From the NCBI GenBank assembly GCA_023411395.1, contig JAEYOV010000062.1, forward strand, positions 42,033-106,032: a DNA stretch of 64,000 nt, read 5' to 3'. The stretch is from Bacillota bacterium. GTDB taxonomy: Bacteria > Bacillota > Clostridia > Christensenellales > Aristaeellaceae. A model generated the notes under the pieces. It was not told where the DNA came from. It did no database searches and worked only from the letters and a program-made list of their open reading frames with translations. Shown one piece after another: positions 18,063 to 27,242 of the stretch. How positions within the stretch are numbered: the stretch's first letter is position 1; every line of letters begins with the position of its first letter. The position numbers were made by a program, and so were the translations under genes.

Positions 18063-18512
18063 TTAAAAATTCTTACGGCTGTCCAGCAGTATCGTCACCG
18101 GGCCGTCGTTGACAAGGGACACGGCCATCTCCGCCTGAAAAACGCCTGTCTCCACAAAAAGCCCGGTTTCGCGCCAGCGGCGTACCAGCTCCTCATACAT
18201 GGGGTTGGCGAAATCAGGCCGGGCCGCCTCAATAAAGCTGGGCCGCCGCCCGCCCCGTGCGTCCCCCAGCAGCGTAAACTGGCTCACCGCCAGGATGCTG
18301 CCGCCGGCATCCAGAAGGGACAGGTTCATCTTGCCTTGTTCATCCTCAAAGATACGCAGGTTGGGTACCTTGTCGGCCATGTACTGAATGTCCTTTTCCC
18401 CATCCCCTTGGGCTACGCCCACCAGCACCATGAGGCCTTTCGAAATTTGGCCCACTGTCTGGCCGTTTACTGTCACAGCGGCGGAGGATACCCTTTGTAC
18501 AACGCAGCGCAT
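18063..18512 (-). CDS. dtd: D-aminoacyl-tRNA deacylase
   Basis: [33 protein letters not shown]...SQFTLLGD...GRRPSF is the canonical Dtd sequence pattern. Confidence 0.9.
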   Translation of the reverse strand: MRCVVQRVSSAAVTVNGQTVGQISKGLMVLVGVAQGDGEKDIQYMADKVPNLRIFEDEQGKMNLSLLDAGGSILAVSQFTLLGDARGGRRPSFIEAARPDFANPMYEELVRRWRETGLFVETGVFQAEMAVSLVNDGPVTILLDSRKNF

Positions 18513-18581
18513 GAAGAAAAAGCCTCATTTCTTTGGTTGTGGTTTATCTGCCGTGCCGCAGGTCTGTTGCCGGAACAAAAC

Positions 18582-18701
18582 GGGCGATTCATAATCGCCC
18601 CTACTGCTGCAAAGAGTATATTGGCTTTTCTTCCGGCTCCTATAAGCCACAGCAGCGATGTCAAAAAACAAACTGCGTCGTAGGGGCGATTATCAATCGC
18701 C
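18582..18701. repeat. REPIN-like pair of inverted 22-nt palindromic units in the relA-dtd spacer
   Basis: Arm 1 is GGGCGATTCATAATCGCCCCTAC (18582-18604). Arm 2 is GTAGGGGCGATTATCAATCGCC (18680-18701). Each arm is itself a hairpin (GGCGATT/AATCGCC). The arms are reverse complements of each other except for one loop base. Confidence 0.75.
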
Positions 18702-18738
18702 TGCCTGCCACATGGTCAGCCAGCATTCGGTAGAGATA

Positions 18739-20937
18739 TTAACTCGCGCCTCTATAGACTTCCACAATATCGGACCGCCTTTGAAGCTGTTTGATGACCT
18801 TATCCAACTGCTGGCGGCTAACCACCTGGATCACCAGGGTGATGGTGCTGGTTTTGCTCTTGGTATTGAACTTGGCGCTGACGGCGCTGATGGGCACGTT
18901 CATTTCTCCGATGTAGGTAGCCAATTCCCCCAACAGGCCCACATGATCGTAGGCGATGATCTGGATGCCGGCGTCAAACGTCCCCGCGCTTTCTTCGGCC
19001 CAGCTAACCTCCACCATGCGCTCCTGCTCGCCTGCGCCCACATTCACGCAGTCCGCCTTGTGAATGGTTACGCCGCGACCCCTGGTGATATAGCCCACGA
19101 TATCATCACCCGGTACAGGGCTGCAGCATTTGGCGAAGCGCACCAGCATCCCCGACTCGCCTTTTACATAAATGCCGTGGGTAGGCTTACCCATTTGATG
19201 CTTTTGCAGTTCCTGGGGCGTTACATCAGGCAGCTTGGGGGCGGGCGGCGCTTCCCGAAGGCGCTGCTCCTCCATGAGCTTCATCACCACATAGGTAGAG
19301 GCCATGCCGCCGTAGCCCACCGCGCCATAGATGTCATCCAGCTCAAAGAAGCCGTACTTTTTGAGGATGCCTTCGTAATATTCCGGCTTGGTGATGGAAC
19401 TTAAAGCCACGCCGCGGCGTTTGGCCTCCTTTTCCACCATATCCTTGCCTTTTTCAACATTCTCACCCCGAAGCTCGCGCTTGAAAAATTGGCGGATCTT
19501 GGCCTTGGCCTGCTGGGTCTTGACAACCTTCAGCCAGTCCATGCTGGGCCCCTTGGAAGCGGAGGAGGTGATGATATCCACCCGGTCGCCCGTTTCCAGC
19601 GTGGTATCCAGGGGCACGATGCGGCCGTTCACCTTGGCACCCACGCAGCTATTGCCCACAGCGCTGTGGATGCGGTAGGCAAAATCCAGGGGCGTGGCGC
19701 CCTTTTGCATGTTCACCACGTCACCCTTGGGGGTGAAAAGGAAAACCTCCTCGCTGAACAGGTCGGTTTTCAGGGAGTCGATGAATTCCCGGCTGTCCCT
19801 GGTCTCGTTCTGCCAGTCCAGAATCTGGCGCAGCCAGTACAGCTTATTGTCCAGGTCCGTGGCATTTTGACTGCCTTCCTTGTAGCGCCAGTGGGCGGCG
19901 ATGCCGAACTCCGCCACGCGGTGCATCTCCCAGGTGCGGATTTGAACCTCGAAGGGGAAGGGCATCTTCCGCCCGCCTACCACGGTGGTGTGCAGGCTTT
20001 GGTACATGTTGGCCTTGGGCACGGAAATATAATCCTTGAACCGGCCAGGCATCTGGTTCCAAAGGGTATGAACGGTGCCCAGCACGGCATAGCAGTCGGG
20101 CACGGTATCCACCAGCACGCGGATGGCGATCAGGTCATAAATCTGGTCGAAGGGCCTGTTCTGCAAAACCATCTTGCGGTAGATGCTGTACAGGTGCTTG
20201 GGCCGGCCGTCGATGTCGTAGCGGATGTGCTGCTCATCCAGCTTGGCGCTCAGCTCCGAGATTACCAGGCGGATGTTCTCCTCCCGCTCGGCCCGCTTCA
20301 TGCCCACCTTTTGAACAACATCCTGGTAGCCCGCCGGATCGATATAGCGCAGGGACAAATCTTCCAATTCCTGCTTGATGGCGAACACGCCCAGCCGGTG
20401 CGCCAAGGGAGCGTAAATATCCAGCGTTTCCCTGGCGATGGCCACCTGCCGCGCTTCCGGCTGGTAGCGCAGGGTACGCATGTTGTGCAGCCTGTCGGCC
20501 AGCTTGATGAGCACCACGCGGATGTCCTTGGACATGGCCAGGATCATCTTGCGCAGGCTTTCCGCCTGCTGCTCCTCCCGGTCGGCAAAATCCAGCTTGG
20601 AAAGTTTCGTGACGCCGTCCACGAGCCTTGCTACTTCCTCACCGAACTCCTGCTGCACCTGGGGCAGGCAAACGCTCTGGCAATCCTCCACCGTGTCGTG
20701 CAACAGCCCGGCGGCAATGGTGGGGGCGTCCATCGAAAGTTCCGTCAGGATGCTGGCTACGAAGGCCGGATGGGTAAAATACGGCTCCCCACTTTTGCGA
20801 AACTGGCCGGCGTGGGCATTTTCCGCGTATTCGTAGGCTTTTTTCACCAGGAGATAGCTGTCTCCCGGATGGTACTTTTGCACACGCGCCAGGATCTGGT
20901 CCAAAGGCATGCATTCGCGGCTGATATAGGTATACAA
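18739..20937 (-). CDS. relA: Bifunctional (p)ppGpp synthetase/hydrolase (RelA/SpoT homologue)
   Basis: 732 aa with HD domain (HDTVED), RelA_SpoT synthetase region, and TGS and ACT-like C-terminal domains. Confidence 0.92.
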   Translation of the reverse strand: MYTYISRECMPLDQILARVQKYHPGDSYLLVKKAYEYAENAHAGQFRKSGEPYFTHPAFVASILTELSMDAPTIAAGLLHDTVEDCQSVCLPQVQQEFGEEVARLVDGVTKLSKLDFADREEQQAESLRKMILAMSKDIRVVLIKLADRLHNMRTLRYQPEARQVAIARETLDIYAPLAHRLGVFAIKQELEDLSLRYIDPAGYQDVVQKVGMKRAEREENIRLVISELSAKLDEQHIRYDIDGRPKHLYSIYRKMVLQNRPFDQIYDLIAIRVLVDTVPDCYAVLGTVHTLWNQMPGRFKDYISVPKANMYQSLHTTVVGGRKMPFPFEVQIRTWEMHRVAEFGIAAHWRYKEGSQNATDLDNKLYWLRQILDWQNETRDSREFIDSLKTDLFSEEVFLFTPKGDVVNMQKGATPLDFAYRIHSAVGNSCVGAKVNGRIVPLDTTLETGDRVDIITSSASKGPSMDWLKVVKTQQAKAKIRQFFKRELRGENVEKGKDMVEKEAKRRGVALSSITKPEYYEGILKKYGFFELDDIYGAVGYGGMASTYVVMKLMEEQRLREAPPAPKLPDVTPQELQKHQMGKPTHGIYVKGESGMLVRFAKCCSPVPGDDIVGYITRGRGVTIHKADCVNVGAGEQERMVEVSWAEESAGTFDAGIQIIAYDHVGLLGELATYIGEMNVPISAVSAKFNTKSKTSTITLVIQVVSRQQLDKVIKQLQRRSDIVEVYRGAS

Positions 20938-20956
20938 CTCCGGCCCTCCTTTCGCG

Positions 20957-23287
20957 TTAAGTGGATGCTGCCTTCAGCGCCCGCAACAGACCGCTTTCGT
21001 TGGGGCTCTTCTTTACAGCGGGAAGCATAGTCAGGGAAAAGGGTTCCTCCTGAAAAGTGAGCAGTGTCATTTCCATCAGGATGTGCAGCCCGGCCATCAG
21101 TTGTGCCATGTTCAGGCCCGAGGCTTGCGCAAGCTGCTGCGGGTACGCACCGGGCAGGCTCCTTACCGCCATGTACAGCCGGCGCAGCGAATCGTTATCA
21201 AGCGCCAACGGTTTCAAAAATTCCGTGAGCTCCCCGCTCCGGGGAAAGACCAGCACGCTGGCCCGGGGGCAGCACTGCGCGATAAAAGACGCTTCCCCCG
21301 GTATGAGTTCGCCATCCGCCAGCACCACCGTACGCCACATATCCGTGAGCTCCGGCAGCCTGGCCGGATAAAGCAGCGTGTGAAAGCCGCGCCTGTCGCC
21401 GATTGCGTCCGTCACCAAAAGCTTATCTCCATACGCCTGGCATATGCGCCTGGCCGTTTTCGGTGCACGGGCCAATATGACTGTGCCCTGAACGCCTTCC
21501 AGCGCCTTTGCAAGCCGGGCTTCATCCGCAGGCAAAAATGCGGGATGAATCTTGCTGATATTCGCCGCCATACCCCGTATTTCCTGCAAAAGCGCCGCAT
21601 GCGCCGCCGCCTCCCCATCCGGGATCTGCGCCCCTGCGGCAGGGCAAATGGCCTTGATGTTGCACTGCACGGAAACGGTGCCGTTCCACTCGTTCAGCTC
21701 CGGGGAAAACAGCACGTCCGCCCGGCGGGGTATAGCCGCTGCCATCCTGCCCATTTGAAAGGCGATGGCAGAACGCAGCGTCCCATCTTGAAACAGGCTG
21801 CACTTCAAATGCGCCCCCTCCCTGCCCACGGGGCGCATGTCCTGCACCTGGCCATCATGAAGGAGGAATACCGGCTCGGGGTTGCCAACGCCTGTGGGCT
21901 GCAAAGCCTGAAGCCTATGCACCATATCCTCCGTTACTTCGCGCAGGGAAAGCTGTAAATCGTACTCTCGGACAGGGACAAAAACCTCCGGGTCGCATCT
22001 CCTGGCAATAACCCCGCTCAGCCGCCGCTTCAATTCCGGCACATTTTGAGCAGGTATGGTAAGCCCCGCCGCCTGCTCGTGGCCGCCAAAGCGTAAAAAC
22101 AGATCGCTGCACGCAGACAGCATCTCGTGGATGTTCACTCCGGGAATGGACCTGGCACTGCCCACGCATTCCTCCCCCGTTCTTGAAAGGACGATGGACG
22201 GATAATGGTACCGTTCTGTCAGGCGGCTGGCCGCCAGGCCGATAACGCCATGATTCCAGCCCTCCCCCACGGCGATCAGGGCACGGTCTGTAAGAAAATC
22301 TGTTTCCGCCTCGACCTGCGCAAGTGCCTGTTGAAAAAGCTCCGCCTCCATCTTTTGACGCAGCGCGTTCTCACGATTGAGCACTTCCGCCAGCTCCCCT
22401 GCCTTGGCAGAATCGGTTGCCAACAGCAGTTCCACGCCCAGGGAGGCGCTTTTCAGCCTCCCCCCGGCGTTCAGGCGGGGTGCCATCTGAAAGGCCACCT
22501 GCCCGGCCCTGACAGCCTTCCCATCCATGCCGGCCGCCTCCATCAGCGCTTTGAGGCCCAGCCGCTTCGTATCCGCCATTTTGTCAAGGCCCAGGGCGGC
22601 AATGACCCTGTTTTCATCCTCAAGCGGCACAAGATCGGCAATGGTGGCCAGCGCAGCCAGGTCGATATACTCCTCCGCCGTTTGGGTTCCGCAAAGTGCC
22701 TGTATAAGCTTGAACGCCACACCGGCACCGCACAGGCGGCGAAAAGGGTAATCCCCCATCAGCGGGTTGAGCACAGCATCCGCCGGAGGAAGTATGGGCC
22801 CAAGCTGATGATGATCAGTGATGATCACACGCATGCCCAATTCCTTGGCCAATGATACTTCCTGTGCGCTGGTGATGCCGCAGTCCACCGTCAAAAGAAG
22901 GCGATAGTCCCTGGCAAGCGATCTCACCGCCTGCCCGTTCAGGCCGTAACCCTCCTCATGGCGGCTTGGAATATAGTAATCGGCTTTTGCACCCATGCTT
23001 CGAAGCATAAGCAGCATCATGGAAGCGGCGCATACCCCGTCCACATCATAATCGCCGTAGACCACAATGGGATCCTTTTGCGCAATGGCGGCACGTATCA
23101 TCTCCGCCGCCGTGTCCATGCCCTGCATCAAATATGGATCGTGCAAGTCGTCCAGGGAGGGATGCAAAAACCGCTGTGCCTTCTCCTGGGTATCCACGCC
23201 CCGCTGGGTCAAAAGAGCCGCAAGCCAGCCGGGCAGCCCTTCTATCACCGCATTTTCCGGCATGGTCCGTTTGACAAGGCGCAGCAT
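20957..23287 (-). CDS. recJ: Single-stranded-DNA-specific exonuclease RecJ
   Basis: DHH motifs GDYDVDGV...DCG...ITDHH and DHHA1 GGHEQAAG. The start is placed at ATG 23287, 6 nt after GGGAGG. The track start at 23359 has no RBS. Confidence 0.88.
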   Translation of the reverse strand: MLRLVKRTMPENAVIEGLPGWLAALLTQRGVDTQEKAQRFLHPSLDDLHDPYLMQGMDTAAEMIRAAIAQKDPIVVYGDYDVDGVCAASMMLLMLRSMGAKADYYIPSRHEEGYGLNGQAVRSLARDYRLLLTVDCGITSAQEVSLAKELGMRVIITDHHQLGPILPPADAVLNPLMGDYPFRRLCGAGVAFKLIQALCGTQTAEEYIDLAALATIADLVPLEDENRVIAALGLDKMADTKRLGLKALMEAAGMDGKAVRAGQVAFQMAPRLNAGGRLKSASLGVELLLATDSAKAGELAEVLNRENALRQKMEAELFQQALAQVEAETDFLTDRALIAVGEGWNHGVIGLAASRLTERYHYPSIVLSRTGEECVGSARSIPGVNIHEMLSACSDLFLRFGGHEQAAGLTIPAQNVPELKRRLSGVIARRCDPEVFVPVREYDLQLSLREVTEDMVHRLQALQPTGVGNPEPVFLLHDGQVQDMRPVGREGAHLKCSLFQDGTLRSAIAFQMGRMAAAIPRRADVLFSPELNEWNGTVSVQCNIKAICPAAGAQIPDGEAAAHAALLQEIRGMAANISKIHPAFLPADEARLAKALEGVQGTVILARAPKTARRICQAYGDKLLVTDAIGDRRGFHTLLYPARLPELTDMWRTVVLADGELIPGEASFIAQCCPRASVLVFPRSGELTEFLKPLALDNDSLRRLYMAVRSLPGAYPQQLAQASGLNMAQLMAGLHILMEMTLLTFQEEPFSLTMLPAVKKSPNESGLLRALKAAST

Positions 23288-23370
23288 GATCTTCCTCCCG
23301 TTTGCAAATGGATGTGCAAGAGCGTTCTCCCGGTCCAGCCGGAAGAACGCTCCTGCCATGTTACATATGG

Positions 23371-24288
23371 TTAGGCTTTTTTCGGTTTGACCTTTTTATG
23401 GGGCCGGATATTCTCCAGCAGCGCCCACAGGTAACCGTTGATCAGGTTCGCGCTGTACAGGCCGGAGAGAAGGCCGATGATGATGGGCAGCGCAAACTCC
23501 TTGATGGCGTTTACACCCATGATGTACAACGCCACAATGGTGATCAGCGTGGTGAGAGAAGTGTTGATGGTACGGCCCATGCACTGCTTCACGGAAGTGG
23601 TCACCAAGTCCGCACGGCTCACCGAATTGAGTTCGGCCCGCTTGGTATTTTCACGGATGCGGTCGAAGATCACGATGGTGTTGTTGATGGAGTAGCCCAC
23701 GATGGTGAGCATAGCCGCGATAAAAGAACTGTTCATCTGGATAAAGGAGCGGAACAGCACCATGAAGGACAGCATGATCAGCACGTCATGGACAAGGCCC
23801 ACAATGGCCGCCACGCCGGAGTTGAAGTCGAACCTTATGGCGATGTAGCCCAGCATCAGCACGGATGCCAGCAACACGCTGAAAAAGGCGTTTTGAATCA
23901 GCGTCCGTCCGGCCACGGGACCCACATAACCCACCTCGGCATTGTGCACATCCATCTGCGGATATTTATCCAGCAGGGAGGCTTCCAGCCCGGTACGCAG
24001 CACCTGCACGCCCTCGTCGCTGATTTCCTTGATGCGGATCTGCAATTCGGTCTGCGCCGCGCCGGCTTTGGAAATCTGGAACTCGGCAATGCCCTGGCTC
24101 CGAAGAGCTGCCTCCACGTCCGCCTGGTCAAAAACAGCGTTCATCTGATATTTGATGGCCAAACCGCCGGCAAAGTCAATGCCGTAATTCACGCCGAGCC
24201 CCGCCAGAGAAAGGATCAAAGCCAATGCCATGATTCCCACGGAGATGATGATACAGATCTTGGCGCTGCCTTTCAGTTTTTCTTTCAT
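23371..24288 (-). CDS. secF: Protein translocase subunit SecF
   Basis: 305 aa. The sequence GIDFAGG...IRFDFNSGVAAIVGLVHDVLI is typical of SecF. Directly follows secD. Confidence 0.9.
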   Translation of the reverse strand: MKEKLKGSAKICIIISVGIMALALILSLAGLGVNYGIDFAGGLAIKYQMNAVFDQADVEAALRSQGIAEFQISKAGAAQTELQIRIKEISDEGVQVLRTGLEASLLDKYPQMDVHNAEVGYVGPVAGRTLIQNAFFSVLLASVLMLGYIAIRFDFNSGVAAIVGLVHDVLIMLSFMVLFRSFIQMNSSFIAAMLTIVGYSINNTIVIFDRIRENTKRAELNSVSRADLVTTSVKQCMGRTINTSLTTLITIVALYIMGVNAIKEFALPIIIGLLSGLYSANLINGYLWALLENIRPHKKVKPKKA

Positions 24289-25629
24289 TTACTGCGCCTC
24301 CTTTACAGGGGTCTTTACCCGGGTGAACAGCGCGGGTTTGTTCCCGACGAGGTTTGCCACACGGGTCAAAAGGAACCTTGTCACGATCACCGCGCTCAGC
24401 ATGCTGGTGGCGACGGACAGGAACAGCGTCCTGGCAAAGCCCTGGATGGAACCCGTGCCGAACGCCAGCAGAACCAGCGCGGCGATCAGCGTCGTAACAT
24501 TGCCGTCGATGATGGCTGACATGGCGTTTTTAAAACCTGTCTTCACCGCGCCCTTTACCGGGCGGCCGCGGCGCACTTCTTCCTTGAAGCGCTCAAAGAT
24601 GATGACATTGGCGTCCACCGCCATGCCGATGCCCAGCACGATACCGGCGATGCCGGGCAGCGTGAGCTGGATTTCATGGATCACGGCGATGAAGAAGAAC
24701 AGCATGACCAAATAGATGCACAGCGCCCAGGAGGCCACCACGCCCAACAGGCGGTAGCGCACGATCATCAGGATCATGACCAGCAACAGGCCTATGATGG
24801 CGGCGCTTACGGAGGTGGACAGCGCGTCGATGCCCAGGGTGGCGGAAATGGTATCCACCTTCTGCTGGGTGATATCAAGCGGCAGCGCGCCGGACTGGAT
24901 CTTCAGCGCTGTATTTTCAGCCGTTTCCGCCGTATACCCGCCGCTAATGTAACCCTGGCCATTGGGGATCACCGTATTGACCCTGGGCGACATCAATTCC
25001 ACGCCATCCAGCAGGATGGCAAGCTCCTTGCCGATGTTTTTGGCGGTCATATCCGCAAAGATCGCAGCGCCTTCCGGCGTGAGGGTGAAGTTAATCACAT
25101 ACTCGCCGATTTCTCTGTTAAAACTTCCCTGAGCCGTCTGCACATGCTTGCCTTCCATGAAGACATTGCCTTCCGGATCACGGAATTCCAGCTTCGCGGG
25201 TGACCCGATCAAATCCAGGATGGCGTTGGGATCGGTGACATCGGGGATCTCCACGCGGATGCCGTCTGTGCCGATGCGCGTCACGGTGCTTTCAGGATAG
25301 CCCTTGTCGGTCAGGCGCTTTTGAATGATGGATATAGTGCCATCCATCAACTGGTTGAAATCCGCCTGCACGTCTTCCTGGCGGTGGGCCTGGTATTCCA
25401 CGTACACGCCGCCCCGAAGGTCCAGGCCCAGGGGGATGACGGTGGGCCATTTGTCCACATGGGTGGTGGGCAGCCAGGGCTTGAGCTTGTACAATCCCCT
25501 GGCGTCCAGCGGCATGCCGGTAAAGGAAACGATGCCTACCGCCACGGTCAGGACCAGCGTGATCAACAGGGATAAGACTGCCCTAGCCTTAACGCTCATC
25601 CGCTTACGCACTCTGAATGTCTTTTTCAT
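24289..25629 (-). CDS. secD: Protein translocase subunit SecD
   Basis: ATG at 25629. The sequence GLDLRGG...LPGIAGIVLGIGMAVDANVIIFERFKEE is typical of SecD. Confidence 0.9.
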   Translation of the reverse strand: MKKTFRVRKRMSVKARAVLSLLITLVLTVAVGIVSFTGMPLDARGLYKLKPWLPTTHVDKWPTVIPLGLDLRGGVYVEYQAHRQEDVQADFNQLMDGTISIIQKRLTDKGYPESTVTRIGTDGIRVEIPDVTDPNAILDLIGSPAKLEFRDPEGNVFMEGKHVQTAQGSFNREIGEYVINFTLTPEGAAIFADMTAKNIGKELAILLDGVELMSPRVNTVIPNGQGYISGGYTAETAENTALKIQSGALPLDITQQKVDTISATLGIDALSTSVSAAIIGLLLVMILMIVRYRLLGVVASWALCIYLVMLFFFIAVIHEIQLTLPGIAGIVLGIGMAVDANVIIFERFKEEVRRGRPVKGAVKTGFKNAMSAIIDGNVTTLIAALVLLAFGTGSIQGFARTLFLSVATSMLSAVIVTRFLLTRVANLVGNKPALFTRVKTPVKEAQ

Positions 25630-25679
25630 GTAATGTCTTCCTTCCGTCAAAACTTTCAAGTTCCCACGCATGCAGGCAG

Positions 25680-25789
25680 CCCTACAGCTGGCTCAATCGC
25701 CGCACTGCTCACTGCCGTTCGCATTGCTCGTTTCGCCAGCCTCCTCCGCCTCACTTCATCCGCCACAGGCGGCGTCTCGGCTCCGGAGC
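25680..25789 (-). repeat. Dispersed ~110-nt element, copy A
   Basis: The minus strand reads GCTCCGGAGCCGAGACGCCGCCTGTGGCGGATGAAGTGAGGCGGAGGAGGCTGGCGAAACGAGC...GATTGAGCCAGCTG. This aligns base for base over most of its length with copy C at 43685-43795. It starts at the TAG of the upstream ORF. Confidence 0.8.
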
Positions 25790-26148
25790 TAACCTGACTT
25801 CTCCTCCAGCCTGAAAGCCTGGTACACCGCACGGATATACGTGCCTCCCCCAAGGGGATGGCCGTTGGCGTCTGCCTTGACATCCGGCCCTGCCACCGTC
25901 TCGCCGCCCGTTGACGCAAGCCCTTCCGGGCGGTCTATACGCGGCGGCACGCTTTGATCACCGGCTTGCCGTTCCACATAGCGTACGGCACTGAAGAATG
26001 ATGCGGCGAGCGATCTTTCCCCGGCAGGCGGCTCCGTGTCCTGCGGCCCTTCCACCAGGGAAGGGACAGGCAAAAAAAAGGCGAGCGCGCACAGCATGAG
26101 CAACAGCAGCCGTCCCTGTTTTTGCACGAGCACGCCTCCTTGTTTCAT
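25789..26148 (-). CDS. Hypothetical small membrane-anchored or secreted protein
   Basis: ATG at 26148 with a weak RBS. The N-terminal hydrophobic segment is LLLLMLCALAFFLPVPSLV. I recognise no motif. Confidence 0.4.
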   Translation of the reverse strand: MKQGGVLVQKQGRLLLLMLCALAFFLPVPSLVEGPQDTEPPAGERSLAASFFSAVRYVERQAGDQSVPPRIDRPEGLASTGGETVAGPDVKADANGHPLGGGTYIRAVYQAFRLEEKSG

Positions 26149-26414
26149 ATTCCCTGTTTCATCGCATCCTCCCGGGCGCAAACCCTTTTTCAGCGGAGCC
26201 GGGACATGCGGTTATTATACTGTACAAGCGCAGGCGCGTCAAGAAAATGCTTCGTCTTCCCATCACTAGGAAAAATCGTATTTCCCTTCCCAATTTCTGT
26301 TTTCTTTTTTCAAAATATATGGTATGATTGCTATCAGCATCGGAGGCCCGCCACTCCTTATCCTGCGGTGCTTCCACGATCGTTATGGCCCTAATTGAAA
26401 AGGAGGAGCGCATC

Positions 26415-27158
26415 ATGACCGAAAAGCCCCGCAGCAATCAGAAGACCGTCGCCATCCTGATGAGCATCGTGCTCATTGCCGCTCTGGTGCTCAGCTTCAG
26501 CCTGTACCTGCAGAAAAATTCGCTGCAGGACAACGTCGACAAGCTGAACGCGGATTTGAAAGCCTCCAAGGATACGGTAGCCACCCTGACGACCGAAAAA
26601 ACGGCGCTGGATGAGGCTGCAAAAGCCGCCCAGACTTCCGCCGATGAAACAGCCGCGAATCTGACTGCCTTGCAGGCCGAACTGGACGCCGCCCTGGCCG
26701 ATGCCGCCGCCAAGCAAACGGATTTGGACGCAGCCCTGGCCGATGCCGCCTTAAAGCAGGCCGGCCTGGACGCCGCTTTGGCTGATGCAGCCGCCAAGCA
26801 AACGGATTTGGATGCCGCTTTGACCGATGCAGCCGCCAAGCAGGAAGCGCTGGATACAGCCGCCATGGACGCGCAGGCCGCCCTTAACACCCAGACCACG
26901 CTGGCCGATGAATTGACCGCCGCGAAAAACGCCGCGGAAGAAGCCAATGCCAAGGTCGCCGCGCTGGAAGCCGAAGTAGCGGATTTGACCGCGAAGCTGG
27001 ATGAGGCCTCCAAGCAGGTAGCGGACCTGACAGCCCAGGTTGCTGCGCTGGAAGCGGAGAACGAAGCCCTGAAGGCGACACCCACACCCACGCCGACCCC
27101 CACCCCTGAGCCTTCTACCGAGCCCTTTGTCACCCCCAGCCCTGCACCCCAACCCTGA
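26415..27158 (+). CDS. Membrane-anchored Ala-rich coiled-coil repeat protein with a Pro/Thr tail
   Basis: ATG at 26415 follows AGGAGG. TM segment VAILMSIVLIAALVLSFSLYL. Next come 14-aa LDAALADAAAKQTD repeats, heptad-like stretches (AALEAEVADLTAKLDEASKQVADLTAQVAALEAENEAL), and a TPTPTPTPTPEP tail. Confidence 0.75.
   Translation: MTEKPRSNQKTVAILMSIVLIAALVLSFSLYLQKNSLQDNVDKLNADLKASKDTVATLTTEKTALDEAAKAAQTSADETAANLTALQAELDAALADAAAKQTDLDAALADAALKQAGLDAALADAAAKQTDLDAALTDAAAKQEALDTAAMDAQAALNTQTTLADELTAAKNAAEEANAKVAALEAEVADLTAKLDEASKQVADLTAQVAALEAENEALKATPTPTPTPTPEPSTEPFVTPSPAPQP
26682..26849 (+). repeat. Four tandem 42-nt (14-codon) coding repeats
   Basis: Successive units encode LDAALADAAAKQTD, LDAALADAALKQAG, LDAALADAAAKQTD and LDAALTDAAAKQEA. 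Confidence 0.85.
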
Positions 27159-27176
27159 TAAAGTTTTCATAAAAAC

Positions 27177-27221
27177 AACACCGGCGCAGGCATTCTCCGC
27201 CCGCGCCGGTGTTGTTTTTTT
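27177..27221. terminator. Bidirectional intrinsic terminator (coiled-coil gene versus dapB)
   Basis: Stem AACACCGGCGC (27177-27187) / GCGCCGGTGTT (27203-27213). A run of T follows on the + strand and a run of A precedes it. Confidence 0.8.
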
Positions 27222-27242
27222 GATGTTGAAATACGCCGCCGG

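Noticed and set aside
19489-21030. 513-aa + strand ORF. Similar long antisense ORFs occur at 59340-60908, 36280-37599, 17487-18683, 23302-24519 and 44225-45409.
   Set aside because: Each is the mirror frame of a confidently identified gene (relA, the P-type ATPase, hisH/amidohydrolase, MBL/dtd, secF/secD, pheT). None shows a recognisable motif.
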